A stretch of 64,000 bases of DNA from an uncultured Acidimicrobiia bacterium (GCA_963786955.1 CAWBAT010000005.1:1120001-1184000); one strand, 5' to 3'; positions 33,900 through 43,907 are shown, numbered from the stretch's first letter. Notes: generated by a model from the sequence alone, not told the origin. Made by a program: numbers and translations.

Positions 33900-35405
33900 G
33901 TGAACAGCATCACGAACACTCCTTCGCATTTTACCTTTCTTGACTATTCAATTGTTGCTGCATACCTAATCGGGATTACCATCGCCGGCGTCAAACTCGC
34001 GGGGCAGCAGCATTCGTTGCGAGATTATTTTCTTGGCGGCAAAACCATGTCATGGTGGGCCGTGGGTTTTTCCATGGTAGCGAGTGAGACCAGTACTCTG
34101 ACATTCGTGAGTGTCCCCGGACTCGCTTACATGGGCAACTTGAACTTTCTGCAATTGGCCTTTGGTTATTTCATTGGCCGATTGTTGGTCGCGGTCTATT
34201 TTATTCCAGTCTATTACCGGAGGGACCTAGAAACGGCGTATGATTTCCTGGGAAAAAGATTTGGGCTTCGCCTGCGACAAGTGATTTCAATTGTGTTCTT
34301 GTTCACGCGGGTTCTCTCCTCTGGGGTGAGGCTTTTTGCAACTGCAATCCCCGTTCATCTTGTCACCGGCATAGGGTATCGAAATTCCATCCTGTTGATT
34401 GGCCTCTTTACAATTGTTTACACCTACCTGGGCGGTTTAAAGGCTGTTGTAACCATGGATGTGGTTCAGTTAGCAATCTATCTCTGTGGGGCAGCGATTT
34501 CCGTCATCATTATCCTGACTCGTCTTCCCCATGGCTGGGCAGACGTCTTGAGCCATGCTTATTCAGGGACATCGAGCAAATTTGACGTGCTAAACCTGGA
34601 ATGGGGAAATTCATTGAACCAGTTTCTGAGCACTCCTTACACCTTAATGGGAGGGCTCATCGGAGGGACGTTTCTTAGCATGGCTTCTCATGGTACCGAC
34701 CAACTCCTTGTCCAACGCCTGTTGGGATGCAAATCTTCTCAAGACAGCCAACGAGCCCTCATTTTGGATGCGCTGCTCATCAATATTCAGTTTGCCTTCT
34801 TCCTGATTTTAGGACTGTGCCTGTTTGCCTTCTATCACGGGCGAGATCTTTCAGCCTTGGGCCTACAGTCTTCTGATGAAATATTTCCGAAATTTATTGT
34901 AGAGAATCTACCTCCGGGAGTTGCAGGGATCGTTGTGGCGGGAGTTCTAGCCTCTGCCATGGGGACACTGTCCTCTGCGATCAGTTCTCTTGCCTCCTCT
35001 TCTTATCTGGATCTTTATAAGCGGGGTTCCGGAGGAAATCGGGTAGAACAAAGCAATGAGATTGCAGGGTCCCGATTCTTTGCGTTATTTTGGGGAGTCG
35101 TTCTGGTCGCAGGGGGGATGCTTTTTAAAGATACCAAGGCGCCTGTCGTGGTGCTGGGCTTGAAGATCGCTTCCTTTACTTATGGCAGTATGCTGGGAGT
35201 CTTTCTGTTAGGAATCTTTTTCAGACAGGTCAATCAGAAAGATGCCATGATTGGTTTCCTCATGGGTATCCTTTGCACAGGAGCGATTCTGAAATATACG
35301 ACCATCGCATTTACGTGGTACGGCTGTATTGGCTGCGTTGTAACGTTGGGAGTGGCAGCTGTTTCGAGAGTTTTATGGAAGCAAGATCGAGGGGCGCTCA
35401 ATTAA
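33900..35405 (+). CDS. Sodium:solute symporter family transporter
   Basis: DYFLGG, SETS, GGLKAVV and DQLLVQR; many TM helices. Confidence 0.9.
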   Translation: MNSITNTPSHFTFLDYSIVAAYLIGITIAGVKLAGQQHSLRDYFLGGKTMSWWAVGFSMVASETSTLTFVSVPGLAYMGNLNFLQLAFGYFIGRLLVAVYFIPVYYRRDLETAYDFLGKRFGLRLRQVISIVFLFTRVLSSGVRLFATAIPVHLVTGIGYRNSILLIGLFTIVYTYLGGLKAVVTMDVVQLAIYLCGAAISVIIILTRLPHGWADVLSHAYSGTSSKFDVLNLEWGNSLNQFLSTPYTLMGGLIGGTFLSMASHGTDQLLVQRLLGCKSSQDSQRALILDALLINIQFAFFLILGLCLFAFYHGRDLSALGLQSSDEIFPKFIVENLPPGVAGIVVAGVLASAMGTLSSAISSLASSSYLDLYKRGSGGNRVEQSNEIAGSRFFALFWGVVLVAGGMLFKDTKAPVVVLGLKIASFTYGSMLGVFLLGIFFRQVNQKDAMIGFLMGILCTGAILKYTTIAFTWYGCIGCVVTLGVAAVSRVLWKQDRGALN

Positions 35406-35898
35406 GGGGAGTCGATGCAGAATCGGCCGGCCCTGTCATCTCGTAACGAAGGACATGGTCCTGCATGATAAAAAAATAGCGTACTCCGCTAGCGGCAACT
35501 CCTGTAGGAACGGAGGGGGTTGCCGTCGCCGTGTATTCATCTGCAGGGGATGTTCCTGGAGAAGACTCGAAAACATAGCCACTCTTGATGCCTGACCCTA
35601 CAAGATTGTCGACGATACTTTCCTGGTTCAGGGATGCCAATGTTGTGTACTGTCCCTGAGTTTGACGATAAACAAGCTGACCGCCCGCGATGAGCTTTAG
35701 GGTTGAAACGGCTGATGCCTCATTCGCTGCTCGGCGCGCTTTCATAAGATTTGGAACGGCGATGGAGGCCAGTAAAGTAATAATGGCCAGTACAAGCAAG
35801 AGTTCTAAGAGAGTAAAGCCTTGCGGCGCAGCTCTATTGAACGGCGCGTTGACCCGTGCTGAAGAATTAGATTGTGACTCCGCATTGTCACTTTTCAT
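35398..35898 (-). CDS. Type IV pilin/pseudopilin-like protein
   Basis: Prepilin motif G|FTLLELLLVLAII followed by ARRAANEASA. Confidence 0.85.
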   Translation of the reverse strand: MKSDNAESQSNSSARVNAPFNRAAPQGFTLLELLLVLAIITLLASIAVPNLMKARRAANEASAVSTLKLIAGGQLVYRQTQGQYTTLASLNQESIVDNLVGSGIKSGYVFESSPGTSPADEYTATATPSVPTGVAASGVRYFFIMQDHVLRYEMTGPADSASTPLN

Positions 35899-36012
35899 GC
35901 TGACTCTATGATCGTCATTCCCGGTCTCCGGGTTTATAGGCAGGTTAGAGAATTCAAGTTAGGGAACCGATGAAATCGTTTCGCCACAATACCTGTTCTT
36001 TCAATTGCTTAG

Positions 36013-36172
36013 TACTGCTATTGGTAATTGCTGTGACGCATCTTACGACAGGCGCCGCGTGAGGCTGGGGGCTTTGAGAAAGCCCCCAGCCTACAAAGTT
36101 GTAGGCATGAAGCATTTTCAATGCTTCATCACCGACCCGGCGTTATCGTCACTGTATTTATGAAAAGCAGTA
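36013..36172 (+). mobile_element. 160-bp MITE-like element, copy 2 (intact)
   Basis: Ends TACTGCT...AGCAGTA flanked by CTTAG at 36008-36012 and 36173-36177. Internal hairpins AGGCTGGGGGCTTT/AAAGCCCCCAGCCT and ATGAAGCATT/AATGCTTCAT. Same length as reconstructed copy 1. Confidence 0.8.
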
Positions 36173-36223
36173 CTTAGATTAAGATCAGGGGAAGAGGAAC
36201 CCACCCATTTGGAGGCATACGAT

Positions 36224-36532
36224 ATGAAACTCCACTCCGTCGTTCTACTGACTTTGCACACACCAAGGGAAAGGATCTGGGGGCTACTGATGGATTTAAC
36301 CCCTGCGGGCATTACGGTCTGCGGGATTGATCTCAGCGCTTTTGAGGACTGGCTTAGTCAGGTAGGCACAGATGAAGAGATGGGTCTGAGCACGGTCTTT
36401 TACCCTCTTCAACGAGTAGAGCGGGTTGCAATGGACGAACGGATGGGGACCCTCCCCTCCCTGCACGACCGATTTCAACTGAAAACCATGAAACAATTAG
36501 TCGACTACGTGGAAGATTTCGGTTTCAAGTAA
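36224..36532 (+). CDS. Hypothetical protein
   Basis: GGAGG RBS before ATG 36224; 102-aa ORF. Confidence 0.7.
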   Translation: MKLHSVVLLTLHTPRERIWGLLMDLTPAGITVCGIDLSAFEDWLSQVGTDEEMGLSTVFYPLQRVERVAMDERMGTLPSLHDRFQLKTMKQLVDYVEDFGFK

Positions 36533-36801
36533 ACCAAGGTGGCCCCCCATCCGCCAGCTTCCGGAGCAGCATCCTTAATCTCCAAAACTCGGGAGTCTTT
36601 GGAAAGATGATGTCGTACCATTCGCCGCAAGCTTCCGGTTCCTCTCCCGTGAATTAGGCGGACGCGATGAAATCCCTTTTCCTGGCACTGAAAAAGGTAT
36701 TCATCGATCAATGGCTTGATTTCCTTCGGAGAGAAAAAATGAAGATCAAGAAAATCTTCAATCGGAATTGGGACAGGTTCGTCTTCTTTTGGACCTGACA
36801 T
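36505..36801 (-). CDS. Stand-alone Smr domain protein
   Basis: LDLH, LIHGRGTG.LR and GGWGAT. Confidence 0.88.
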   Translation of the reverse strand: MSGPKEDEPVPIPIEDFLDLHFFSPKEIKPLIDEYLFQCQEKGFHRVRLIHGRGTGSLRRMVRHHLSKDSRVLEIKDAAPEAGGWGATLVYLKPKSST

Positions 36802-36870
36802 CGGGTTTGCTGGTTCATTTTGCCTACCACGAACGGAGCAAGGCGTCCCGTAACAGGCAAGATTTTAAAA

Positions 36871-37251
36871 TCATTCCCGGTTGTAGCGATCTTCGAGTCG
36901 GACAATGTCTTCTTCGTTAAACTCTCCGAATGAGATCTCTAGCCAGCGACCCGATTTTTCCCCTACACCGGCCATTCGATGGTTTGTTCCTCGGGGGATG
37001 AAGATTTCCTCATAGGGTTCTGGTTCCCAGTTTCTTTCCCCCAGTGTCACCTTTAAACCCCGATCGAGTGCCACCCAAAGTTCATCACGATGATGATGGT
37101 ATTGCAGAGAAAGGATTTCGCCAGGGTTGACGGTAATGATCTTGACTGTGCTGATTTGGTTGTGTGTGTAACGGCGGAACCCTCCCCATGGCCTACTTTC
37201 TTGATAGATTGAGGAAATGGGATTTTGATTTGAGCGATTCATGCGAAACAT
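36871..37251 (-). CDS. Mannose-6-phosphate isomerase type II C-terminal-like cupin
   Basis: RPWG, LSLQYHHHRDELW and EEDIVRLEDRY. Confidence 0.85.
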   Translation of the reverse strand: MFRMNRSNQNPISSIYQESRPWGGFRRYTHNQISTVKIITVNPGEILSLQYHHHRDELWVALDRGLKVTLGERNWEPEPYEEIFIPRGTNHRMAGVGEKSGRWLEISFGEFNEEDIVRLEDRYNRE

Positions 37252-37399
37252 ATCTCCCGTTGGAAAATGAAATGACCGACGTGAACTGAAGAGCGGAAGT
37301 TACAGGGTGATGGTTTTTTACCGCAAAACTTTCTCAACACGCTAACGCCCTTGTCGAATCCATTCAAGGTTTCGAAAATGTCTTCCATGGAAGGATAAC

Positions 37400-39583
37400 T
37401 CACCGACTCGTGTGCATCAATCGCTTGCATGCCTTGATCTCATCCAATAATTGGTAGGCATGCTTGAGCTGCTCCTGGCTCGGTGGTTCCGAACCAAATC
37501 GAAGGGCATTATAAATTGTGGTGATCTCCTCCACCTGACGACCGATTGCGTCCCGGGCAAAAGTAGCTGCAAATTCATTCGGAGTCAAATATTCCGTTTT
37601 TGTTCTGCCTAGACTCCTCAGCAAACGCAGAAGAGCCGTGTAGAGCTGAATTGCGGTTGCCATTTGGCGGCTCTGTCCCACTGCTTTATCTGGTCCTTTT
37701 CGCCTTACAAACCAGACCATGCAACCGAAGAGTGCAACACAAAGCAGGAGCCAGATTACGATCCAAAAAGCGCGAACGAATCGGATGGCCTGCCAGGTGC
37801 TCACGGTCAACCGAAAGAGTTTCTCACCGAACTGCCAAGTCGTCCAATAAAAGGCGTTTTGGCCGAGCCGGACCCAGTTGCCGGCGTTCTCCTCCAGACC
37901 TCTAAAGAGGGAGGTCTGGACCAGACTATCGTATCCCAGAATCCACTCTCCCCAGAAAAGGTCAAGGGCGTCGAGGCAATTATTAAAAGTTTTGAAGAGA
38001 CGGGTCTGTTGAGACCCTTCAATAGCTGCGGGAGTCGGGTCAAATGAACTCCATCCACTATCGGGTATGAAAACCTCAACCCAGCTGTGAGCCATTCGAG
38101 CTCTCACTACCAGATCACCGGCAATCTCGTTATAATCGCCTCCGCGAAAACCGTTCACAATTCGAGAAGGGACTCCAAGGTTTCTGAGCAAAACGACCAT
38201 GGCGGTCGCAAAATACTCACAATGACCTTTTCGAGTTTCGAATAGGAACGATTCCAATGGCTGTGGATTCAAAATCGGGGCCTCGTCCAGAGAATAGCGG
38301 TAGTTGTCGCGCAGGAATTTCTCGGTTTTGTCAGCGAGAGCTCGTTCACCTAGAGCGTTGGATGAAATTCCCTTTGCCAGTGCCGCAACCCGAGAGTTCA
38401 AGCTGGGGAGCTGCAAATAGCAACGGCGGTCCTCATCCGTCAGGACGATCAAGGATGGTGACGCGGTGGCGTCGCGCAAGAGGGATTCCGCTTGGTAAGC
38501 CAGTCGACGAAACGGATGGGGCGGCGCGCTCAGGGAATCATCTGCTGGATCCCAGATCACAGGAGCTGCATCGATCTTTAAACGTTGAATACGGTCGAGA
38601 GCAAAAAGATAGCCGGAGTAACTGGGTTCCATCAATACTTGATAATGGACCCAAGGCCCGTGCCCAGAGCTTTGGGATAAGGCATAGTCTCCATTTCCAC
38701 GAAGAGCGACTGTTCTTCTCTGTGTAGACTTAAACCAACCTTTCCCATCAAAAAAATCCAGTGCAATGCCTCGCCACTTGGCATCCCTTAGTGGTGTCAA
38801 GTTTTCCGAAATACGAATCCGCATAACCACCGAGGAATCGAGCTGGATGGACCCAATCCCGCCTAGACGGATATGATCCGAAAAGCCGCTCAGGCTTTGT
38901 GATAATTGAATTCTCCCGTGGAAGGTTCCGGCACCGTACCTGGGTAAAGAAAAAAAAAGGACCGCCCCGAGGGCGGACCCCAGAACCAAGATGATGACCC
39001 CCAGAGACCAAATGAAAGGAACCGCTTGAACTGCATGTCTGTCAATGAGTTCGCAAGCTTCACCGTCAATCTGGATTTTCTCCTTCTCCCCTCCTTTTTC
39101 AACGGAGTGGGAGGCAGCGGTCCGCGAAGCCCTCTTGAATTCGAAGAGAAGCAAACAACAGATACAAAGGAACGCAAATATAAGGAACAAGAACAAAAAA
39201 GAGAGATCAATCGTGAGGGATGAGGCAGCTAAGACCTCTAGAAAACTGAGCACGATCAAGTAAAAGTAATCTTTGTCTCGCCTTGGTTGGTGCATCTTCA
39301 TCAGTTGTACAAACAGAATTAGATGAAGTGCCGCGATGACAAAAGATCGAGAGAGTAGAAAAGTATCGATCAGGAAGAAAGGAACATATAGCCAAGTCAG
39401 GAGGTTACCCTGACGGACCGTTAACCAGTCACTGCGGCCGAAATGGGGTGTAAAGGCAAGAAGATAAGGAATAACAAAAAGAACAATAACCCACGGGGAA
39501 AATTGCTTTGCCAACGCCAGCATGGCGAAGCCGATGCCAACAAGGAGGTATGTCAGCAGGTGAAAAAGTCGTTCCAGTGACAT
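37400..39583 (-). CDS. TgpA-like membrane transglutaminase-domain protein (DUF3488)
   Basis: N-terminal TM region, GHCEYFAT, AHSWVEV and FDPTP. Confidence 0.9.
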   Translation of the reverse strand: MSLERLFHLLTYLLVGIGFAMLALAKQFSPWVIVLFVIPYLLAFTPHFGRSDWLTVRQGNLLTWLYVPFFLIDTFLLSRSFVIAALHLILFVQLMKMHQPRRDKDYFYLIVLSFLEVLAASSLTIDLSFLFLFLIFAFLCICCLLLFEFKRASRTAASHSVEKGGEKEKIQIDGEACELIDRHAVQAVPFIWSLGVIILVLGSALGAVLFFSLPRYGAGTFHGRIQLSQSLSGFSDHIRLGGIGSIQLDSSVVMRIRISENLTPLRDAKWRGIALDFFDGKGWFKSTQRRTVALRGNGDYALSQSSGHGPWVHYQVLMEPSYSGYLFALDRIQRLKIDAAPVIWDPADDSLSAPPHPFRRLAYQAESLLRDATASPSLIVLTDEDRRCYLQLPSLNSRVAALAKGISSNALGERALADKTEKFLRDNYRYSLDEAPILNPQPLESFLFETRKGHCEYFATAMVVLLRNLGVPSRIVNGFRGGDYNEIAGDLVVRARMAHSWVEVFIPDSGWSSFDPTPAAIEGSQQTRLFKTFNNCLDALDLFWGEWILGYDSLVQTSLFRGLEENAGNWVRLGQNAFYWTTWQFGEKLFRLTVSTWQAIRFVRAFWIVIWLLLCVALFGCMVWFVRRKGPDKAVGQSRQMATAIQLYTALLRLLRSLGRTKTEYLTPNEFAATFARDAIGRQVEEITTIYNALRFGSEPPSQEQLKHAYQLLDEIKACKRLMHTSR

Positions 39584-39588
39584 GAGGG

Positions 39589-40944
39589 TCAACTTCTTTT
39601 CTGAAGCTCGCGGGTGAATACCACGTGGGAGGAAGTCCACACTGCCGTTGGTATTTCTCCCCGATGACTCGCTGAAAATACTATTTTGAAAGCCTTATCC
39701 CCGGCAAGATTCATGATCGTTTGAGATCTTTCAGGGGTTGGCTCAATAAGCGCAAGGATCTTGAGGATTTCCACCAAACCCACCCGCGTGTTCGAAAAAG
39801 CGGTGCTGCTTTCGGTGGTAACCAGGCGAATCTCGCAGGCCATCTCGTGAAAGTGACGGGCAGCATTGGCACACAGCACAATGGCCCTTTCAAATGCAGG
39901 TCGCCAGGATTGTTCGAAGCCGGGGAAGTAATTATCAAATACGAAGCAACACCTCCGGTCGTCTTCCCGCGTGAATTCCCGAAACATCAGGGATTCGGTT
40001 TTAGCACTGGCCTTCCAATCAATAAAGCGGGCCGAATCACGGATGGAATATTCCCGTAGCGAATGGAGGTCCACACCCCCTCCACGGAAAAAGCTTCCAA
40101 GGGCACCACTCAGGAGGGGCAAAGTTTCAAAAAACTCATCCGGCGGTTCCAGCGCCGGTAACACCAACACATCTCGAGGCGGGCCAGCACTCCTGGCCTT
40201 TTCAAAAAATCCGAAGGGGAACCGGCTGCTAACCTTTATATTCCTGAGTGTATGCCGGCCGCGACGGGGGATTCGAAGCGGTAGGTTGTATTTTCTTTCC
40301 GCGGCCCCTGGCAGAAAAGGCAGGTAATGGGGAAGGCTTTCCGAAATTTCTTTGATGCTTTCCCTCTCAATACCCAATCCGTTTTCGGCTAATCTGATGC
40401 TTCCGCCGTTGAGTTGTAATGAAAATGAAGGCAAATTCCATTTCGTGTTCTTCAGGGTGATGCCCACATTGAATTTCTGCTGGGCGGCGACAACCTCGGG
40501 TAGATCAATGGTGGTTTGAAGCCGATAGAGATTCAGCCTAGAAAGTACCTCGGAAACAATCAGAACAGCTAACTCCACTGAGAAAATGACAAATAAGAGA
40601 TTATTGCCAGAATTGAAAGCGGCCACACCGGTAACGAAAAGGATCAGCATGTAAAGCCACGCTTCTCGAGTCGCATTAAAGTGGAATGTCAACCATTCTC
40701 CACGAACGCGATTCAGCAGGTGAGGGACGACGGTCAAAGAAATAGTCAGGGCGAGCAGGAGAGAGAAAATAGCGAGTCCCACAGCACCGACCCAATTCCC
40801 TTCTCGAGATGCCACCGATGAAGCCAGGGCTGAACCGAGTGCGAGGCCCAGGGCAAGCGTCCCGAGCAAATTCATGCATAATTGCCGCCAGCTAAAATTC
40901 CAATGGGTAAAGAGGGGAAGCTTCATAGGAGGTGTTGACGTCAA
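39589..40944 (-). CDS. DUF58 domain protein
   Basis: SRFPFG and LREYS..D..R.IDWKASAK; lies between moxR and the transglutaminase gene. Confidence 0.88.
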   Translation of the reverse strand: MTSTPPMKLPLFTHWNFSWRQLCMNLLGTLALGLALGSALASSVASREGNWVGAVGLAIFSLLLALTISLTVVPHLLNRVRGEWLTFHFNATREAWLYMLILFVTGVAAFNSGNNLLFVIFSVELAVLIVSEVLSRLNLYRLQTTIDLPEVVAAQQKFNVGITLKNTKWNLPSFSLQLNGGSIRLAENGLGIERESIKEISESLPHYLPFLPGAAERKYNLPLRIPRRGRHTLRNIKVSSRFPFGFFEKARSAGPPRDVLVLPALEPPDEFFETLPLLSGALGSFFRGGGVDLHSLREYSIRDSARFIDWKASAKTESLMFREFTREDDRRCCFVFDNYFPGFEQSWRPAFERAIVLCANAARHFHEMACEIRLVTTESSTAFSNTRVGLVEILKILALIEPTPERSQTIMNLAGDKAFKIVFSASHRGEIPTAVWTSSHVVFTRELQKRS

Positions 40945-41012
40945 TTTTTATGATTGCTGTCAGCCTGACCGCTGACGGTGGTCCGGCTGTTTGACTAAGA
41001 AGTGACGGCGTC

Positions 41013-41963
41013 TCAAATCGGAACGGGCACGGAATCGACAATATCCCGTAAGATCTTCTCCGTTTCCTCGCCCAGTCGCAATGTTGTTGAAAAACGACTA
41101 TTCACCACCACACGATGCCCCAGAACGGCGGGAACCAGCGCCTTCACATCGTCAGGCAGGCAATAGTCGCGCCCTTCCACGAAGGCCCGTGCTTGGGCGG
41201 CCCTCAATAGAGCCAGGGAACCGCGAGGGCTCACGCCAAGACTCAGGAGTTCTGTTTGGCGGGTCTTTTCGATAATCTGGAGGGCGTAATGCAGAATGAC
41301 CTCGTCCACCGGAATCCTTCGAACGAATTGTTGCATTTCGAGCACTTCATCGACGTTGAGAACAGCTTCCACGGATTCAATCGGATGTCGTCCCAACTGG
41401 CTGCGGAAGATAGTCTTCTCCTCATCCAAGGTCGGATAGCCGATTCTAATTCGCATGAGGAATCGGTCTAGCTGCGATTCCGGAAGGGGATAGGTCCCAT
41501 GATGTTCGATAGGATTTTGAGTTGCCAGAACCATGAACGGACGAGGGATTTCCAGAGTCTGACCGTCGGCCGTCACTTGTCCTTCACTCATCGCCTCGAG
41601 CAGAGCACTTTGAGTTTTAGGAGTGGTCCGGTTGATCTCATCTGCTAGAATCACATTTGCGAAGATGGGTCCCGGCTTGAACTCAAAAGTGCGCAGCCCC
41701 TGGTTGAAAATCGAGATTCCAATGATGTCCGAAGGGAGAAGATCGCTGGTAAATTGAATCCGATGAAAACGACATTGGATCACCAAAGCCAAGACATGTC
41801 CCAAGGTTGTTTTCCCCACACCGGGTACATCCTCAATCAGAAGATGTCCACCAGCGAAGAGTGCGGTCAATGCTTGCTTGACAATTTCGCGTTTGCCTTT
41901 GATGACGGTTTCAATCGTGTTCACTAAGGAAACAACTTTCTGCTGCTGATCGACCTTTAGCAT
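41013..41963 (-). CDS. MoxR-family AAA+ ATPase
   Basis: EDVPGVGKTT, RIQFTSDLLPSD, LADEINR and PLPESQLDRF. Confidence 0.95.
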   Translation of the reverse strand: MLKVDQQQKVVSLVNTIETVIKGKREIVKQALTALFAGGHLLIEDVPGVGKTTLGHVLALVIQCRFHRIQFTSDLLPSDIIGISIFNQGLRTFEFKPGPIFANVILADEINRTTPKTQSALLEAMSEGQVTADGQTLEIPRPFMVLATQNPIEHHGTYPLPESQLDRFLMRIRIGYPTLDEEKTIFRSQLGRHPIESVEAVLNVDEVLEMQQFVRRIPVDEVILHYALQIIEKTRQTELLSLGVSPRGSLALLRAAQARAFVEGRDYCLPDDVKALVPAVLGHRVVVNSRFSTTLRLGEETEKILRDIVDSVPVPI

Positions 41964-42069
41964 CCAACCTCGTTTCTAGTCCTATTACGGCCGTTCTAGC
42001 GGGAACTTTGGTCTTGTCTAAATCATCGGGACCATGGTACAAGAGCACCGGTTTGCTGCTGAACCAGAT

Positions 42070-42144
42070 GGGCGCTTAACTCAGCGGTAGAGTGCCACCT
42101 TCACACGGTGGAAGTCAGAGGTTCAAATCCTCTAGCGCCCACCA
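42070..42144 (+). tRNA. tRNA-Val(CAC)
   Basis: Acceptor stem GGGCGCT/AGCGCCC, anticodon arm CCACC-TTCACAC-GGTGG, T-loop GGTTCAAATCC and encoded CCA. Confidence 0.96.
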
Positions 42145-42265
42145 TTCTGACCTTTTCTCCTCACTTCCTCGAACAGAATAGCCTGAAAAAGGCTCAGGCT
42201 GACAGGGCCTGATCGTTCGCCGGATTCTTGCGCAAGGCATACTCCTGTTTTATCGCTCGGAGAGG

Positions 42266-43453
42266 TTATTTGGGCTTCGAAGTCCTGAGCTGCTGGATCG
42301 TGCGACGCAGAAGCTGGGCAGGAGAGTTCAAGGTCTTGCTAATCAGCACGGCCTGAAATTGCTGATTGGCCCTAGTATAATCCTGGATGAAAAAATAGTT
42401 ATACCCTAGGAGAAATCGAGCGTCCAGGTTTGATGGATGGCGTCGCACAAAGCCTTCCAGGGACTGAAGCTGCAGGTCGAACTCCACAGGATTTCGATAG
42501 AAGTCCCGACGATTGACGGGTTTCTCTGCATAGTCGGGATTGATCTGTAAACCCTTCACAATTGCCTGAGTAGCCTCCTCAAATTTTCCTAAGGCAAACA
42601 GAGAATCTCCGTAGGCGATGTGCGCTTCGGATACTTCCTGGCCCTGCTCGATCGCTTTCTTATAGAAGCTAGCGGCCTTCGCAAACTCTGAATTTCGAAA
42701 GAAGGAATTTCCATATGAAATCAGCTCTTCCAAGGGAATCTCATCGCTCTTTTCCGGGGAGGATGGGGGACGCGAGAATTTGGCCTCCTGCCCGGAAGCC
42801 AGTGAAATATTTTCAAGGAATAACCTGGCGATTGTCGATGTCGGATCTTTCTTTAAAGCTTTTGAAAATGACTCATGGGCCTGAGAATAGTCTTCGCTGA
42901 AGAACTGAATGTATCCGAGTAAAAGGTATGCTACCGAATCCCCCGAAATACTGATCTTATCCAGGAGATCGTTGACCACGGGTGCTGTAAAACTGGGATC
43001 TTTAAAGAAGGGCATTTCGATGTGATTGATCGCCCAATCTGGATAGAGTTTCAGTCCTTTCTCCAAGGGTTCCACAGCCTCATTGTATTTGTGCAAAAAG
43101 ATCAACGTATGCCCCAAGCCAAAAGGGGCCAGAATGAGTTCTTCATCAATTTCAATCTGCTTGAGAGATTCTTGAGGTTCCCGCTCTGAAACTTGCTGCG
43201 AGAGAAAATGAGTCAGGCGGCGGTCAAGTTCGCGAAAGTACCTTTCCGAAGCCAGGAAATTTCGCATGGAGAAAGAGCGGTTTGCGCGACCTAAAATTTC
43301 CACACTGCTGTAACTCGAGAGATCCGGCCGCTCTTCTCCCCACAAGAGGGTAAAAGGTGAAATCAGAAGCATGAAAACCAGAGTCCATCCGCTTGACTTG
43401 GCGAACCGCAAAACAAAGGGATTCCAAAAGTGATTGGTCATGCTCCAGCCCAA
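42266..43453 (-). CDS. Exported tetratricopeptide-repeat protein
   Basis: Repeated A..LLG..Y/F..A...F..AL helical motifs; hydrophobic N-terminus. Confidence 0.8.
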   Translation of the reverse strand: MGWSMTNHFWNPFVLRFAKSSGWTLVFMLLISPFTLLWGEERPDLSSYSSVEILGRANRSFSMRNFLASERYFRELDRRLTHFLSQQVSEREPQESLKQIEIDEELILAPFGLGHTLIFLHKYNEAVEPLEKGLKLYPDWAINHIEMPFFKDPSFTAPVVNDLLDKISISGDSVAYLLLGYIQFFSEDYSQAHESFSKALKKDPTSTIARLFLENISLASGQEAKFSRPPSSPEKSDEIPLEELISYGNSFFRNSEFAKAASFYKKAIEQGQEVSEAHIAYGDSLFALGKFEEATQAIVKGLQINPDYAEKPVNRRDFYRNPVEFDLQLQSLEGFVRRHPSNLDARFLLGYNYFFIQDYTRANQQFQAVLISKTLNSPAQLLRRTIQQLRTSKPK

Positions 43454-43454
43454 A

Positions 43455-43907
43455 CTATTTCTTCACAACAACGACGGGGATCTTAATATTTGTGGCAGAC
43501 CGGCCACAGTATTTATCTTTTTCAGAACAATAAATGTAGGTCAATCTACCATCCAGTTCATATTGTTTCGGGGGGATCTCCAATCGGGTCAGAACTGAGA
43601 TTTCGAGAGGCTTGAGTTCTCCGTAGTACTCCGGGTCTTTTCCAGCTCGAGCCTCTTGAAAAAGGACCGGACTCTTCACTTCGAAATTCGGATTAGACGC
43701 CAGTTGCAGCATTGGAGGAGGTTTCTTGGCAATCTTAAAACCCTCCTTGACCCCTAACTCCAGAGTGACAATTCCCGGTTCGCCGGATGTCAACTGGTTG
43801 GCCGTCACCCGATGCTGCAGCACCGTGCCTGGGTCGGACTGCCCCATTAGGAATAGGACGACCGAGAAGATTTGAAGAGGTGCCAGAATCAAGGATGTGA
43901 ATCTCAT
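43455..43907 (-). CDS. Exported DsbD N-terminal-like protein
   Basis: Signal peptide and C-terminal YIYCSEKDKYC cysteine pair. Confidence 0.6.
   Translation of the reverse strand: MRFTSLILAPLQIFSVVLFLMGQSDPGTVLQHRVTANQLTSGEPGIVTLELGVKEGFKIAKKPPPMLQLASNPNFEVKSPVLFQEARAGKDPEYYGELKPLEISVLTRLEIPPKQYELDGRLTYIYCSEKDKYCGRSATNIKIPVVVVKK

Noticed and set aside
35899-36007. c-di-GMP riboswitch upstream of the pilin-like gene
   Set aside because: The GEMM core and tetraloop/receptor pattern were not found on the minus strand.
42070-42260. tRNA-Val as integration site of an island
   Set aside because: No integrase nearby and no duplicated tRNA 3' end noticed in the window.
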